From an uncultured Candidatus Rokubacteria bacterium (GTDB lineage: Bacteria > Methylomirabilota > Methylomirabilia > Rokubacteriales > DASRDR01): a stretch of DNA of 64,000 nucleotides. Every line of letters starts with the position of its first letter. Position 1 is the stretch's first letter. The translations under genes were made by a program, and so were the position numbers. The stretch spans positions 160,001 through 224,000 of the forward strand of contig CAWDVE010000021.1 of the NCBI GenBank assembly GCA_963805625.1, given 5' to 3'. The notes beneath the pieces were generated by a model that made no database searches, was not told where the DNA came from, and saw only the letters and a list, made by a program, of their open reading frames with translations. Shown here in pieces: positions 30,715 through 39,971 of the stretch.

Positions 30715-32169
30715 TCACGGCAGGAGCTGCGCGACCGCGCTCTGGGCCATTGCCAGGACCGGGCCGGGCCAGAGGCCCAGCTGAAGCGTGACCCAGGCCG
30801 ACATCAGGAGGGCGATCGACGCCACCGGGGTGACGAGCGCGGTGGTCGGCGTCCCCTCCGGCTCCCGCATGTACATGTAGACGATGAGCCGGAGGTAGTA
30901 GTAGGCCGCCACGACGGAGTTCAGGACCGCGATCACCGCGAGCCCCACGAGCCCCCGCTGGATGGCCGCGCTGAACAGGTAGAACTTCCCGACGAACCCG
31001 GCCGTCGGCGGCATCCCGATCAGGGCCAGCAGGAACAGCGTGAGCCCGAACGCCAGCATCGGGCGCCGCGCGCCCAGACCGCCGTAGGCGGCGAGGTCGA
31101 CGGCCTCCTCCCCGTCGCGCTCGAGGAGCAGGATCGTGCCGAACGCGCCCACCGACGCGACGGCGTAGACGCCCAAGTAGAAGAGCACCGCCGGCGCCCC
31201 GGGATAGAGGCCCGCCGCGAGCCCGACGAGCATGTAGCCGACGTGGGCCACCGACGAGTAGGCCAGGAGGCGCTTGACGTTCGACTGGACCAGCGCCACC
31301 ACGTTGCCCACCGTCATCGTGAGGGCGGCGAGCACCCACAGCGCCATCACCCAGTCCGCCTGGAGCGGGCGCATGGCGACCAGAACGCGGAGGAGCGCCC
31401 CGACGGCCGCGGCCTTCGAGCCCGTGGCGATGAGCGCCGCGACGGTGGTCGGCGCACCCTGGTAGACGTCGGGCGCCCACTGGTGGAAGGGCACCGCGGA
31501 GGTCTTGAACCCGAACCCGACGAGAAGGAGCGCCAGGCCCGCGAGGACCATCGGGTTCCGGGCCGCGCCCGGCGCCGCCAGCGCCACGCCGAGACGCCCG
31601 AGGTTGGTCGTGCCCGTCGCGCCGTAGAGGAGCGCGATCCCGTACAGGAAGAAGCCGCTCGCGAAGGCGCCGAGGAGGAAGTACTTCAGCGCGGCCTCGT
31701 TGCCCTCGGGTCGGGTCCGGAAGCTGCCGGCCAGAACGTAGAGGGACAGGGACATGAGCTCGAGGGCAAGGAAGATGACGAGGAGGTCCGTCCCGGCCGC
31801 CATCAGCATCATGCCGACGGTGGCGAAGAGGATCAGCGCGTAGTACTCGCCGGGCTCCACGCCGAGACGCGGCAGATACCCGACCGAGAGGAGCAGGATC
31901 AGGGCGGTCGCCCCGCCGATGATCACGTTCAGGAAGAGCGCGAAGCCGTCCGCGACCAGCATCCCCTGGAAGCTGGTCGCGGGGCCACCCCAAAGGAGGA
32001 GCGACACCACCACGGCACCGGCCACCCCCAGCACCCCGGTGGCCGCGAGAACACCCGGGCGGGCTCCCCGGGGCGTCGCGTCGAGGAGCAGGCAGGCGAA
32101 GCACGCGACGGTCACGAGCAGGACCGGATAGAGGGCCGGCCAGTCGAGGGTCGGGAGTCCCGCCGTCAC
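30715..32169 (-). CDS. nuoN: NADH-quinone oxidoreductase subunit N
   Basis: EAALKYFLLG, FKTSAVPFHQWAPDVYQGAP, VKRLLAYSSVAH, GMPPTAGFVGK. Confidence 0.95.
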   Translation of the reverse strand: MTAGLPTLDWPALYPVLLVTVACFACLLLDATPRGARPGVLAATGVLGVAGAVVVSLLLWGGPATSFQGMLVADGFALFLNVIIGGATALILLLSVGYLPRLGVEPGEYYALILFATVGMMLMAAGTDLLVIFLALELMSLSLYVLAGSFRTRPEGNEAALKYFLLGAFASGFFLYGIALLYGATGTTNLGRLGVALAAPGAARNPMVLAGLALLLVGFGFKTSAVPFHQWAPDVYQGAPTTVAALIATGSKAAAVGALLRVLVAMRPLQADWVMALWVLAALTMTVGNVVALVQSNVKRLLAYSSVAHVGYMLVGLAAGLYPGAPAVLFYLGVYAVASVGAFGTILLLERDGEEAVDLAAYGGLGARRPMLAFGLTLFLLALIGMPPTAGFVGKFYLFSAAIQRGLVGLAVIAVLNSVVAAYYYLRLIVYMYMREPEGTPTTALVTPVASIALLMSAWVTLQLGLWPGPVLAMAQSAVAQLLP

Positions 32170-33686
32170 CGCGGCGCCGTTTCCCCGAGCGTGCGCCACG
32201 CCGTCGACGCGGGCGCCCGCTTGTCGCGCACGACCTGGAGGAGCTCGGCCACCGCCGTCTCCGTCACGGCCGTGAAGGGCTTCGGGTAGATCCCGATCCA
32301 CACGATCAGGACGAGGATCGGGACGAGCGTCCAGATCTCTCGCGCGTTGAGATCGGGCAGCCGCCGATTCTCCTCGTGACGCACCTCCCCGAAGACGACG
32401 CGCTGGTACATCCAGAGGAGGTACACGGCGGCGAAGACGATCCCGACGGTCCCGAGGACTGCCGCCGGGGGACTCCACTGGAACGCCCCCACCAGGATCA
32501 GGAATTCGCCCACGAAACCGTTGAGGCCCGGGAGCCCGATGGACGAGAACATCACCACCAAGAGGATGGCCGAGAACACGGGGACGACGGCCCAGAGCCC
32601 CCCGAAGTCGGCGATCAGACGCGAATGCCGCCGCTCGTAGATCATGCCGATCAGGAGAAAGAGCGCGCCGGTCGAGAGCCCGTGGTTGACCATCTGGAGG
32701 ATGCCGCCCACGAGCCCCTGGGGCGTGAAGGTGAAGAGCCCGAGCATCACGAAGCCGAGGTGGCTGACGGACGAGTAGGCGATGAGCTTCTTCATGTCGG
32801 CCTGGACGGTCGACACCCACGCGCCGTAGAGAATGCCCGTCAGCGCCAGCACCACGATCACGGGCGCCAGGCGCACCGCCGCGTCGGGGAAGAGCGGCAG
32901 GCCGAAGCGGAGGAATCCGTAGGTGCCCATTTTGAGGAGCACGCCCGCCAGGATCACGCTGCCCGCCGTGGGCGCCTCGACGTGGGCGTCGGGGAGCCAC
33001 GTGTGGAACGGGACCATGGGCACCTTGATCGCGAAGGCGAGCGCAAAGGCCAGGAAGAGCGGCACCTGGAGCCGCGGGTCGATGCGGAGCTGCATCACGG
33101 CGGCATAGTCGAACGACGCGGCGCGCGCGTCCTGCAGGAAGTAGAGCGCCAGGATGGCCAGGAGCATGAGCGCGGACCCGGCCATCGTGTAGAGGATGAA
33201 CTTCACCGCCGCGTAGACGCGGCGGGGTCCGCCCCAGACCCCGATGATCAGGTACATCGGGACCAGCATCGCTTCCCAGAAAACGAAGAAGAGGAAGAGG
33301 TCGAGCGCCACGAAGACGCCGAGCATCCCCGTCTCGAGGAGGCACATGGCGACCAGGAACTCCTTCACGCGCGTGGTGATCTGCGTCCAGGCGGATAGGA
33401 GGCAGAGCGGCGTGAGGAGGGTCGTCAAGAGCACGAGGAGCAGGCTGATGCCGTCCACCCCGAGGTGGTAGCTGATCCCGGCCCCGGGAATCCACGCGCG
33501 CTGCTCGACGAACTGCATGCCCGGCCGGACGCGGTCGAAGCCGATCCAGAGAAGGCCCGAGACCAGGAACGTGACCGTCGTGACGGCGAGCGCGACCTGC
33601 CGCAGCCGGCGGGTGTCCCGGCGATCCAGGAGGAGGAGGGCGGCCGCCCCCAGGGTCGGCAGCCAGACCAGCGTGCTCAGCAGCAC
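32166..33686 (-). CDS. nuoM: NADH-quinone oxidoreductase subunit M
   Basis: GVDGISL, FWEAMLVPMY, KVPMVPFHTWLPDAHVEAP, LLKMGTYG, KKLIAYSSVSH. Confidence 0.96.
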   Translation of the reverse strand: MLLSTLVWLPTLGAAALLLLDRRDTRRLRQVALAVTTVTFLVSGLLWIGFDRVRPGMQFVEQRAWIPGAGISYHLGVDGISLLLVLLTTLLTPLCLLSAWTQITTRVKEFLVAMCLLETGMLGVFVALDLFLFFVFWEAMLVPMYLIIGVWGGPRRVYAAVKFILYTMAGSALMLLAILALYFLQDARAASFDYAAVMQLRIDPRLQVPLFLAFALAFAIKVPMVPFHTWLPDAHVEAPTAGSVILAGVLLKMGTYGFLRFGLPLFPDAAVRLAPVIVVLALTGILYGAWVSTVQADMKKLIAYSSVSHLGFVMLGLFTFTPQGLVGGILQMVNHGLSTGALFLLIGMIYERRHSRLIADFGGLWAVVPVFSAILLVVMFSSIGLPGLNGFVGEFLILVGAFQWSPPAAVLGTVGIVFAAVYLLWMYQRVVFGEVRHEENRRLPDLNAREIWTLVPILVLIVWIGIYPKPFTAVTETAVAELLQVVRDKRAPASTAWRTLGETAPR

Positions 33687-33696
33687 GGCGGTCCTG

Positions 33697-35580
33697 TCAT
33701 CGTGGCCAGAGGAACCACCCCAGGAGCGCCACGACGCCAACCAGCATCGAGAGCGCGTAGTTCATCACGAAGCCGGTCTGGTAGCGCCGGAGCCGTCCCG
33801 CCGCCCGCTCGACCACCGTCGCGACGCCGTTCACCGCGCCGTCGATCACGCCCACGTCGAACGCCTCGGCGCACCACCGCGAGAGCGCGAGGATCGGCCG
33901 GACGATCGTCCGGTCGTAGAGCTCGTCGACGTAGTACTTGTGGAGGAGGAGGTGATGGACCCCGTTCTGGGCCACGCCGACCTTCGCGAGATCCGCCCGC
34001 CCGCGGACGTACATCGCCCAGGCGACCACGAGGCCGGCCAGGGCGGCGGCGACCGATACCGCCATCAGCGCCCAGGCGGGACCGTGGTGGCCGCCCGCGC
34101 CCTCGTGGTCTCCGGCCAGCACGGGCGCGAGGAAGCGCCCGATCGCCGATCCGTGCTCTCCGGGCAAGCCCCACACGCCCGCCCCCGCGGCGAGCACCGC
34201 CAGGATGGCGAGGGGGATCGTCATGACCGGCGGCGACTCGTGCGCGTGGTGCGCCACGTCGTGGTCGACTCGGGACCGGCCCAGAAAGGCGAGGAAGACG
34301 AGCCGCCACATGTAGAAGGCCGTCAGCGCCGAGCCCACCAACCCGAGGGCGAAGATCGCGGGCTTCCCGGCGAAGAACGCGCCCGCAAGGATCTCGTCCT
34401 TCGAGAAGAAGCCCGAGAACGGCGGCAGCCCCGAGATCGCCACGGTGGCGATCAGCATGGTGTACCAGGTGACCGGGAGCGTCCGCGCGAGGCCGCCCAT
34501 CTTCCGGAGGTCCTGCTCGCCCGAGAGCGCGTGGATGACCGACCCGGCCCCGAGGAACAGGAGGGCCTTGAAGAACGCGTGAGTGACCAGATGGTAGACG
34601 CCCGCCGTGTACGCCCCCACGCCGACGCCGACGAACATGTAGCCCAGCTGGCTCACCGTCGAGTAGGCCAGCACGCGCTTGATGTCGGTCTGGACGAGCC
34701 CGATCGTGGCGGCGAAGACCGCGGTCAGCACGCCGACCCAGGCGACCACGTCGAGGGCGACGCCCGACCTCTCGAAGAGCGCGTGGGCGCGTGCCACGAG
34801 ATACACGCCGGCGGTCACCATGGTCGCCGCGTGGATCAGGGCTGAGACCGGCGTCGGGCCCTCCATCGCGTCCGGGAGCCAGGTGTGGAGCGGCAGCTGC
34901 GCCGACTTCCCGCAGGCCCCCAGGAAGAGGAGCAGGCTGATGGCGGTGGCGGTCCCGACGGCCAGGGTCGGCGCCTTCGCGAACACCTCTGCGTACTCGA
35001 GGGTCCCCACCGTCGTCCAGAGCAGCATGATGCCGAGGGCGAACCCGCAGTCGCCCACCCGGTTGACGATGAACGCCTTCTTCCCCGCGTTCGCGGCGGA
35101 CTCCCGGCGGTACCAGAACCCGATCAAGAGGTAGCTGCAGAGCCCGACCGCCTCCCAGAAGACGTAGAGGAGGAGGAAGTTCCCGGCCAGCACCAGCATG
35201 ATCATCGAGAAGACGAAGAGATTCAGATAGGTGAAGAAGCGCGGGTAGTCGGGGTCCTCGTGCATGTAACCGATCGAGTAGACGTGGATGAGGAACCCGA
35301 CGCCGGTCACGACCAGCAGCATCACGGCCGAGAGCTGGTCGAGCTGGAGCGTCACGGGGGCGCGGAAGGTCCCGGCGACAATCCAGTCGAAGAGTGTGCC
35401 CGTGAAGGTCTCGTGCCCCCGCCAGACCCGGAGGAAGGCGAGCAGCGCCACGCCGAAGGCCAGGCCGACGGCGGGAGCCGCCACCCAGTGTGCCCGGCGC
35501 CCGAGATGGCGTCCGAAGGCGAGGTTGAGGAGAGCGCCCGCGAGCGGCAGCGCGGGGATCGGCCAGACGAGGTGGATCAT
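33697..35580 (-). CDS. nuoL: NADH-quinone oxidoreductase subunit L
   Basis: KAFIVNRVGD, GKSAQLPLHTWLPDAMEGPTPVSALIHAATMV, HAFFKALLFL, KYYVDELYD and the C-terminal amphipathic helix. Confidence 0.96.
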   Translation of the reverse strand: MIHLVWPIPALPLAGALLNLAFGRHLGRRAHWVAAPAVGLAFGVALLAFLRVWRGHETFTGTLFDWIVAGTFRAPVTLQLDQLSAVMLLVVTGVGFLIHVYSIGYMHEDPDYPRFFTYLNLFVFSMIMLVLAGNFLLLYVFWEAVGLCSYLLIGFWYRRESAANAGKKAFIVNRVGDCGFALGIMLLWTTVGTLEYAEVFAKAPTLAVGTATAISLLLFLGACGKSAQLPLHTWLPDAMEGPTPVSALIHAATMVTAGVYLVARAHALFERSGVALDVVAWVGVLTAVFAATIGLVQTDIKRVLAYSTVSQLGYMFVGVGVGAYTAGVYHLVTHAFFKALLFLGAGSVIHALSGEQDLRKMGGLARTLPVTWYTMLIATVAISGLPPFSGFFSKDEILAGAFFAGKPAIFALGLVGSALTAFYMWRLVFLAFLGRSRVDHDVAHHAHESPPVMTIPLAILAVLAAGAGVWGLPGEHGSAIGRFLAPVLAGDHEGAGGHHGPAWALMAVSVAAALAGLVVAWAMYVRGRADLAKVGVAQNGVHHLLLHKYYVDELYDRTIVRPILALSRWCAEAFDVGVIDGAVNGVATVVERAAGRLRRYQTGFVMNYALSMLVGVVALLGWFLWPR

Positions 35581-35652
35581 CCGTGTGCGGCCATCGGGTG
35601 CAGACGCAGCGCGGCCCGGGGCGCGCCCCGGGCCGTCACGACGTGCGCCCTT

Positions 35653-35681
35653 ACCCTAACGGACCCCCCCGGGGGTGTCAA
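35653..35681 (-). promoter_or_regulatory. sigma-70 promoter for nuoLMN
   Basis: Minus strand TTGACA-N17-TAGGGT. Confidence 0.65.
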
Positions 35682-35796
35682 GGCGCGTGGCCCAGAAAGG
35701 CTGCCGGAGACCACGGGGTGGCAGAATGCGTAGGCCATCGACCCGCCGGGAGGATACACCGGCCCGTGCCAGGGAGGGCAAGGTGGCCGCTTGACC

Positions 35797-35827
35797 TTGA
35801 CGTCGGCGGACGCGCCGGGCGTATAGT
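35797..35827 (+). promoter_or_regulatory. putative sigma-70 promoter for the fluoride riboswitch/crcB transcript
   Basis: TTGACG-N19-TATAGT about 10 nt upstream of the aptamer; the spacer is longer than usual. Confidence 0.5.
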
Positions 35828-35837
35828 CGACGGTACG

Positions 35838-35893
35838 GGCGATGGGGTTCGCCTCCTGAACCGCCGCCTCCCGAGGCGGCTGATGACTCCTAC
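35838..35893 (+). ncRNA. fluoride riboswitch (crcB motif)
   Basis: GGCGATGGGGTTCGCC...AACCGCC...GCTGATGACTCCTAC matches the aptamer consensus; upstream of crcB. Confidence 0.96.
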
Positions 35894-35918
35894 TGGGTGG
35901 TCCCGGTGGGAGTTTTTT
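35886..35918 (+). terminator. intrinsic terminator, expression platform of the fluoride riboswitch
   Basis: ACTCCTACTGGG/CCCGGTGGGAGT stem followed by a T tract; overlaps the aptamer 3' end. Confidence 0.9.
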
Positions 35919-36130
35919 GTTCCCGGGGGTCGAAATGGGCAGCGTCCCGGGCGTGGCGGCCGGCGAGTCAGGCTCGGGGCGGGCGGGCCGTGGTCGGGCA
36001 CCCGTGGTGGCGGCGGCGCCCGGCGATCGCGTTCGCCACGCGCCCGGCTCCATGGACGACGGCGGGAGCGGCGCGTGGCCGGGCCGCTGGCCCCGTCCAC
36101 CGACCTCGCCCTGAAAGGAGATCCTGCGCC

Positions 36131-36520
36131 GTGCGACTGCTGCTCATCTGTGTGGGGGGCGCCCTTGGGACCGGGTTCCGCTACATCATCTCGGGTGCCA
36201 TGGTCCAGTGGCTTGGCCTGGGGTTCCCCTACGGCACCCTCGCCGTGAACCTGCTGGGGTCGTTCATCATCGGTCTCGTCCAGGAGGTGGGGACAACGAG
36301 CCTGCTGATTCCCGACACGACGCGGCTCTTCCTGACGGTCGGGATCATGGGCGGCCTGACGACGTATTCGACGTTCAGCTACGAGACGGTCCGCCTGATG
36401 GAGACCGCCGCCTGGCATCAGGCCTGGCTCAACGTAGTCATCACGCCGACGGTCTGCCTCACCGCCTGCGTGCTGGGCATCGCGGTGGGCCGCCTGCTGG
36501 TCGGGGTGAAGGGGGTGTGA
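36131..36520 (+). CDS. crcB: fluoride efflux channel Fluc/CrcB
   Basis: GGALGTGFRY, FPYGTLAVNLLGSFIIG, GIMGGLTTYSTFSYE; GAAAGGAG RBS. Confidence 0.97.
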   Translation: MRLLLICVGGALGTGFRYIISGAMVQWLGLGFPYGTLAVNLLGSFIIGLVQEVGTTSLLIPDTTRLFLTVGIMGGLTTYSTFSYETVRLMETAAWHQAWLNVVITPTVCLTACVLGIAVGRLLVGVKGV

Positions 36521-36521
36521 C

Positions 36522-36863
36522 ATGCGCAAGCTCGAGGGCGAGCAGATCCTCATGCGGATCTTCATCGGCGAGTCCGACCAGTGGCAGCACCGGCCGCTCT
36601 ACATGGCCCTCATCGAGCTGTTCCGCCGGAACGGGCTCGCCGGCGCGACCGTTTTGAAGGGGGTCGCTGGCTTCGGCGCCCGCTCCCTCGTCCACACGGC
36701 GAGCCTTCTCCGACTGTCCGCCGACCTGCCGCTCGTCGTGGAGGTCGTGGACTCCCAGGCGCACCTCGACAAGGTCCTGCCCGAGATCGACGCCATGATG
36801 GGCGGTGGGCTGGTCACCATGGAGAAGGTCCGCGTCATCCGGTACGAAGCCACCCGCGCCTGA
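36522..36863 (+). CDS. DUF190 family PII-like protein, copy 1
   Basis: RIFIGESD, GLAGATVLKGVAGFG, LSADLPLVVEVVD, GLVTMEKV; directly after crcB, a typical context. Confidence 0.93.
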   Translation: MRKLEGEQILMRIFIGESDQWQHRPLYMALIELFRRNGLAGATVLKGVAGFGARSLVHTASLLRLSADLPLVVEVVDSQAHLDKVLPEIDAMMGGGLVTMEKVRVIRYEATRA

Positions 36864-36952
36864 CGGCCGGAGCGGCTCGACGGCGACCGCACCGGTGCTA
36901 GAGTGAGCGTGTCGTCGGCCCTCCACCATTCGGCATGCGAAGGACAGCGGCC

Positions 36953-37291
36953 ATGCGCCAGATCGAAGGTGAGCAGGTCCTGGTCCGAATCTACCTCGGG
37001 GAGTGCAAGCGGGTGCACCACCGGCCGCTCTACCGCCAGCTGCTCGAGCTCCTCCGGGAGGAGGGCCTGGCCGGCGCGACGGTCCTCAAGGGGTGGGTCG
37101 GGTACGGACAGGATGGAGTGGTCCACACCGCGAACATCGAGTCCCTCGCCGCCGATCTCCCGGTCGTGATCGAGACGGTGGACACGCCGCAGCACGTCGA
37201 GCAGCTTCTCGGGAAGATCGACGCGCTGATGACCGGCGGGCTGGTGATGACCGAGCGGGCCCACGTGGTCCGCTACCGCCCAGGATCCTAG
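36953..37291 (+). CDS. DUF190 family PII-like protein, copy 2
   Basis: RIYLGEC, GLAGATVLKGWVGYG, LAADLPVVIETVD, GLVMTERA. Confidence 0.92.
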   Translation: MRQIEGEQVLVRIYLGECKRVHHRPLYRQLLELLREEGLAGATVLKGWVGYGQDGVVHTANIESLAADLPVVIETVDTPQHVEQLLGKIDALMTGGLVMTERAHVVRYRPGS

Positions 37292-37358
37292 GGAAGGCCG
37301 GGCCGGCGGGCGACGCGGGACGACATGACTCGGACGATGCCACCCGCCCGGGTGCCCC

Positions 37359-38789
37359 TCAGGTGTCGGCGCCGCCGGTCGTGAGCCCGAGCTGCCGGAG
37401 CTTCTTGCGCAGCGTGTTGCGGTTGATCCCGAGCAGCGCGGCCGCGCGCAGCTGGTTTCCGCCCGTCTCGCGCAGCACCGCGCGCAGGAGCGGCCGCTCC
37501 ACGAGCCCGATCAGAAGGTCGTAGAGGTTCGCGGATTCGCGCCGCCCCAGCCCGTGCACGCACTCGGCGAGTTTCTGCTCGACCAGCTGCTCGAGGGTCC
37601 CGGCCGCGGCCGGGGGCGGCCCCGCGCCCGGGGCGATCGGCAGGTGCTCGGGCAGGATGACCCCGCCCCCCGCCATGACCATCGCGTGCTGGATCACGTT
37701 CTCCAGCTCGCGGACGTTTCCCGGCCAGCCATAGCCCACGAGGCGCTCGAGGGCCTCGGTGGCCACGGCGCGCTCGCCCAGCTCGGTCCCGTACTTCCCG
37801 AGGAAGTGATCCACCAGGAAGGGCACGTCCTCGATCCGCTCCCGGAGCGGGGGCAGGGTGAGCGTGACGACGTTCAGACGGTAGTAGAGGTCCTCGCGGA
37901 AGCGTCCCTCCCGGATGAGGGTCTCCAGATCGCGGTTCGTGGCGGCGACGACGCGGACGTCGACGGGGATGACCTCGCCGCCGCCGATGCGCTCGAGGTG
38001 CCGTTCCTGGAGCACCCGCAGGAGCTTGGGCTGGAGCTCCGGTCCCAGGTCGCCCACCTCATCGAGGTACATGGTGCCGCCGTGCGCCAGCTCGAACCGG
38101 CCGAGGCGGCGCTGGTGGGCATCCGTGAACGCGCCCCGCTCGTGCCCGAAGAGCTCGGACTCGAGAAGTGTCGCCGGGATCGCCGCGCAGGAGACCGCCA
38201 CGAAGGGCTTGCCAGCCCGCCGGCTGTAGTGATGGATCGCGCGCGCGACGACCTCTTTCCCCGTCCCCGACTCCCCGCGCAAGAGGACGGTCACGTCGGT
38301 GCCGGCGATCCGGCCGATGGTCTTGTAGACCTCCTGCATCCGGGCCGACTTGCCGACGAGCGCGCCGAACTCCCAGACCTCCTGGATCCCCGTCCGGAGC
38401 TCGACGACCTCGCGCGCGAGGGCTCGCGCCGAGAGCGCGCGCTCGGCCAGGAGCCGCACCTCGTCGTTGTCGAACGGCTTCGTGAGGTAGTCGTAGGCCC
38501 CGCGCTGCATCGCCTCGACCGCGGAGCGGACGCTTCCGTGGGCCGTCATCACGATCACGGCCGTGTCGGGCGCGGAGGTTCTGAGGCGCGAGAGCACCTC
38601 GAGCCCGTCGACGTCGGGCATCCGCACGTCGACGAACGCCAGGTCGTACGGCTCGGCGCCCGCCCGCGCGAGCGCGCCGGCGCCATCCTCTACGACGGTG
38701 ACCGAGTGGCCCGCCTGACTCAGCACCCGCTCGAGGAGCCACCGCATCGACGGCTCGTCGTCGGCGACGAGGATCCGGGCGGGACTCAT
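37359..38789 (-). CDS. ntrC: NtrC-like sigma-54-dependent response regulator
   Basis: Receiver (ADDE, DVRMP, KPF), AAA+ (GESGTGKE, ELFGHERGAFTDA, WPGNVREL), Fis-type HTH NQLRAAALLGINRNTLRKKL. Confidence 0.88.
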   Translation of the reverse strand: MSPARILVADDEPSMRWLLERVLSQAGHSVTVVEDGAGALARAGAEPYDLAFVDVRMPDVDGLEVLSRLRTSAPDTAVIVMTAHGSVRSAVEAMQRGAYDYLTKPFDNDEVRLLAERALSARALAREVVELRTGIQEVWEFGALVGKSARMQEVYKTIGRIAGTDVTVLLRGESGTGKEVVARAIHHYSRRAGKPFVAVSCAAIPATLLESELFGHERGAFTDAHQRRLGRFELAHGGTMYLDEVGDLGPELQPKLLRVLQERHLERIGGGEVIPVDVRVVAATNRDLETLIREGRFREDLYYRLNVVTLTLPPLRERIEDVPFLVDHFLGKYGTELGERAVATEALERLVGYGWPGNVRELENVIQHAMVMAGGGVILPEHLPIAPGAGPPPAAAGTLEQLVEQKLAECVHGLGRRESANLYDLLIGLVERPLLRAVLRETGGNQLRAAALLGINRNTLRKKLRQLGLTTGGADT

Positions 38790-39967
38790 CGCGGGGCCGC
38801 CGGCGGCTCGGGCCGGAGGGCGCCGCCGGCGGGAGGCCCCGCCGGCGGGCCCCCGCTCGCGGTCGGCGCGATCGGCAGGTAGGCGCTGAAGATCGTCCCC
38901 TTGCCCGGCGTGCTCGCGACGCGGAGGGCGCCGCGGTGCTCGTCGACGATGCGATGCGCCAGAGCCAGGCCGAGCCCGAGCCCCCGGGGCTTCGTGGTCA
39001 CGAATGGATCGAACACGCGATCGAGGAGCTCGGCGGGAATGCCCTCCCCCTCGTCCGTCACCTGGACCTCGACCAGGGGCCGCGGTCCAGCGCCCACGTC
39101 GACGCGCCCGCCGAACACGGTGTCGAGCGACAGGCGCGTCGTGAGGGTGAGCCGCCCGCCCCCGGGCATGGCTTCGATCCCGTTCTGGACCAGGTTCTGG
39201 AACACCTGGACGAGCCGGTCCGCGTCGGCCCACAGCGGCGGAAGGCTGGGGTCGTAGCGGCGCACGAGCTGGACCTCGTGGGCCCGGGCGGCGGGCTCGC
39301 CCAGGAGGGTCACGCGATCGAGCAGCTCGTGAAGATTCACGAACCCGAAAGTGAAGGTCAGCGGCCGCCCGAGATCCAAGAGAGCTTCCATCACGCGGTT
39401 GACACGGTCGATCTCGGCGAGCATGACGCTCACGTGCTCCCGGAATGGGCCGCTCCCCCCGAGCTCGTCCCCCAGAAGCTGGGCGACGCCCCGGATCGCC
39501 CCGAGCGGATTCCGGATCTCGTGCGCGAGGGCGAGCGCCATCTGCCCCAGCGCCGAGAGCCGCTCGCCGCGCCGGACCTCCGCCTCGAGGGCTCGGATCC
39601 GCGACAGATCGCGCAAGACGGCGACCGCGCCGCGAAGGCCGCCGCTCGGGCCGTGGATGGGCGCCGTCAGCACGCTCACCGGGATCGAGCGCCCGTCGAT
39701 CGTCGTGACCTCGGACTCCGGCTCGGCCCGCCCCTCGGCCAGCCGGACCGTCTCACTCAGATGGCGGATCAGCCGCGCCCCGGCGCCCAGGCACTCGGGT
39801 AGGAGCCGCTCGAGCGCGCGCGTCGCCGAGCGCCCGGTGAGCGCCTCGGCGGCACCGTTCCACAGGAAGACGGTGAGGTCGGGCCGCACGCCGATGACCG
39901 CGTCCGGCAGGCTCGCCAGGAGCCGGTCGACCTCGGACATGGGACCGCCGGTACCGCCGGTCGTCAT
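38786..39967 (-). CDS. ntrB: NtrB-like PAS histidine kinase
   Basis: AHEIRNPLGAIRGVAQLL, NLHELLDRV, YDPSLP, FDPFVTTK, GLGLGL; soluble. Confidence 0.85.
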   Translation of the reverse strand: MTTGGTGGPMSEVDRLLASLPDAVIGVRPDLTVFLWNGAAEALTGRSATRALERLLPECLGAGARLIRHLSETVRLAEGRAEPESEVTTIDGRSIPVSVLTAPIHGPSGGLRGAVAVLRDLSRIRALEAEVRRGERLSALGQMALALAHEIRNPLGAIRGVAQLLGDELGGSGPFREHVSVMLAEIDRVNRVMEALLDLGRPLTFTFGFVNLHELLDRVTLLGEPAARAHEVQLVRRYDPSLPPLWADADRLVQVFQNLVQNGIEAMPGGGRLTLTTRLSLDTVFGGRVDVGAGPRPLVEVQVTDEGEGIPAELLDRVFDPFVTTKPRGLGLGLALAHRIVDEHRGALRVASTPGKGTIFSAYLPIAPTASGGPPAGPPAGGALRPEPPAAPR

Positions 39968-39971
39968 GGCG

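Noticed and set aside
33697-35893. Fluoride riboswitch control of the antiporter-like nuoLMN
   Set aside because: The riboswitch is on the opposite strand, and nuoL has its own divergent promoter.
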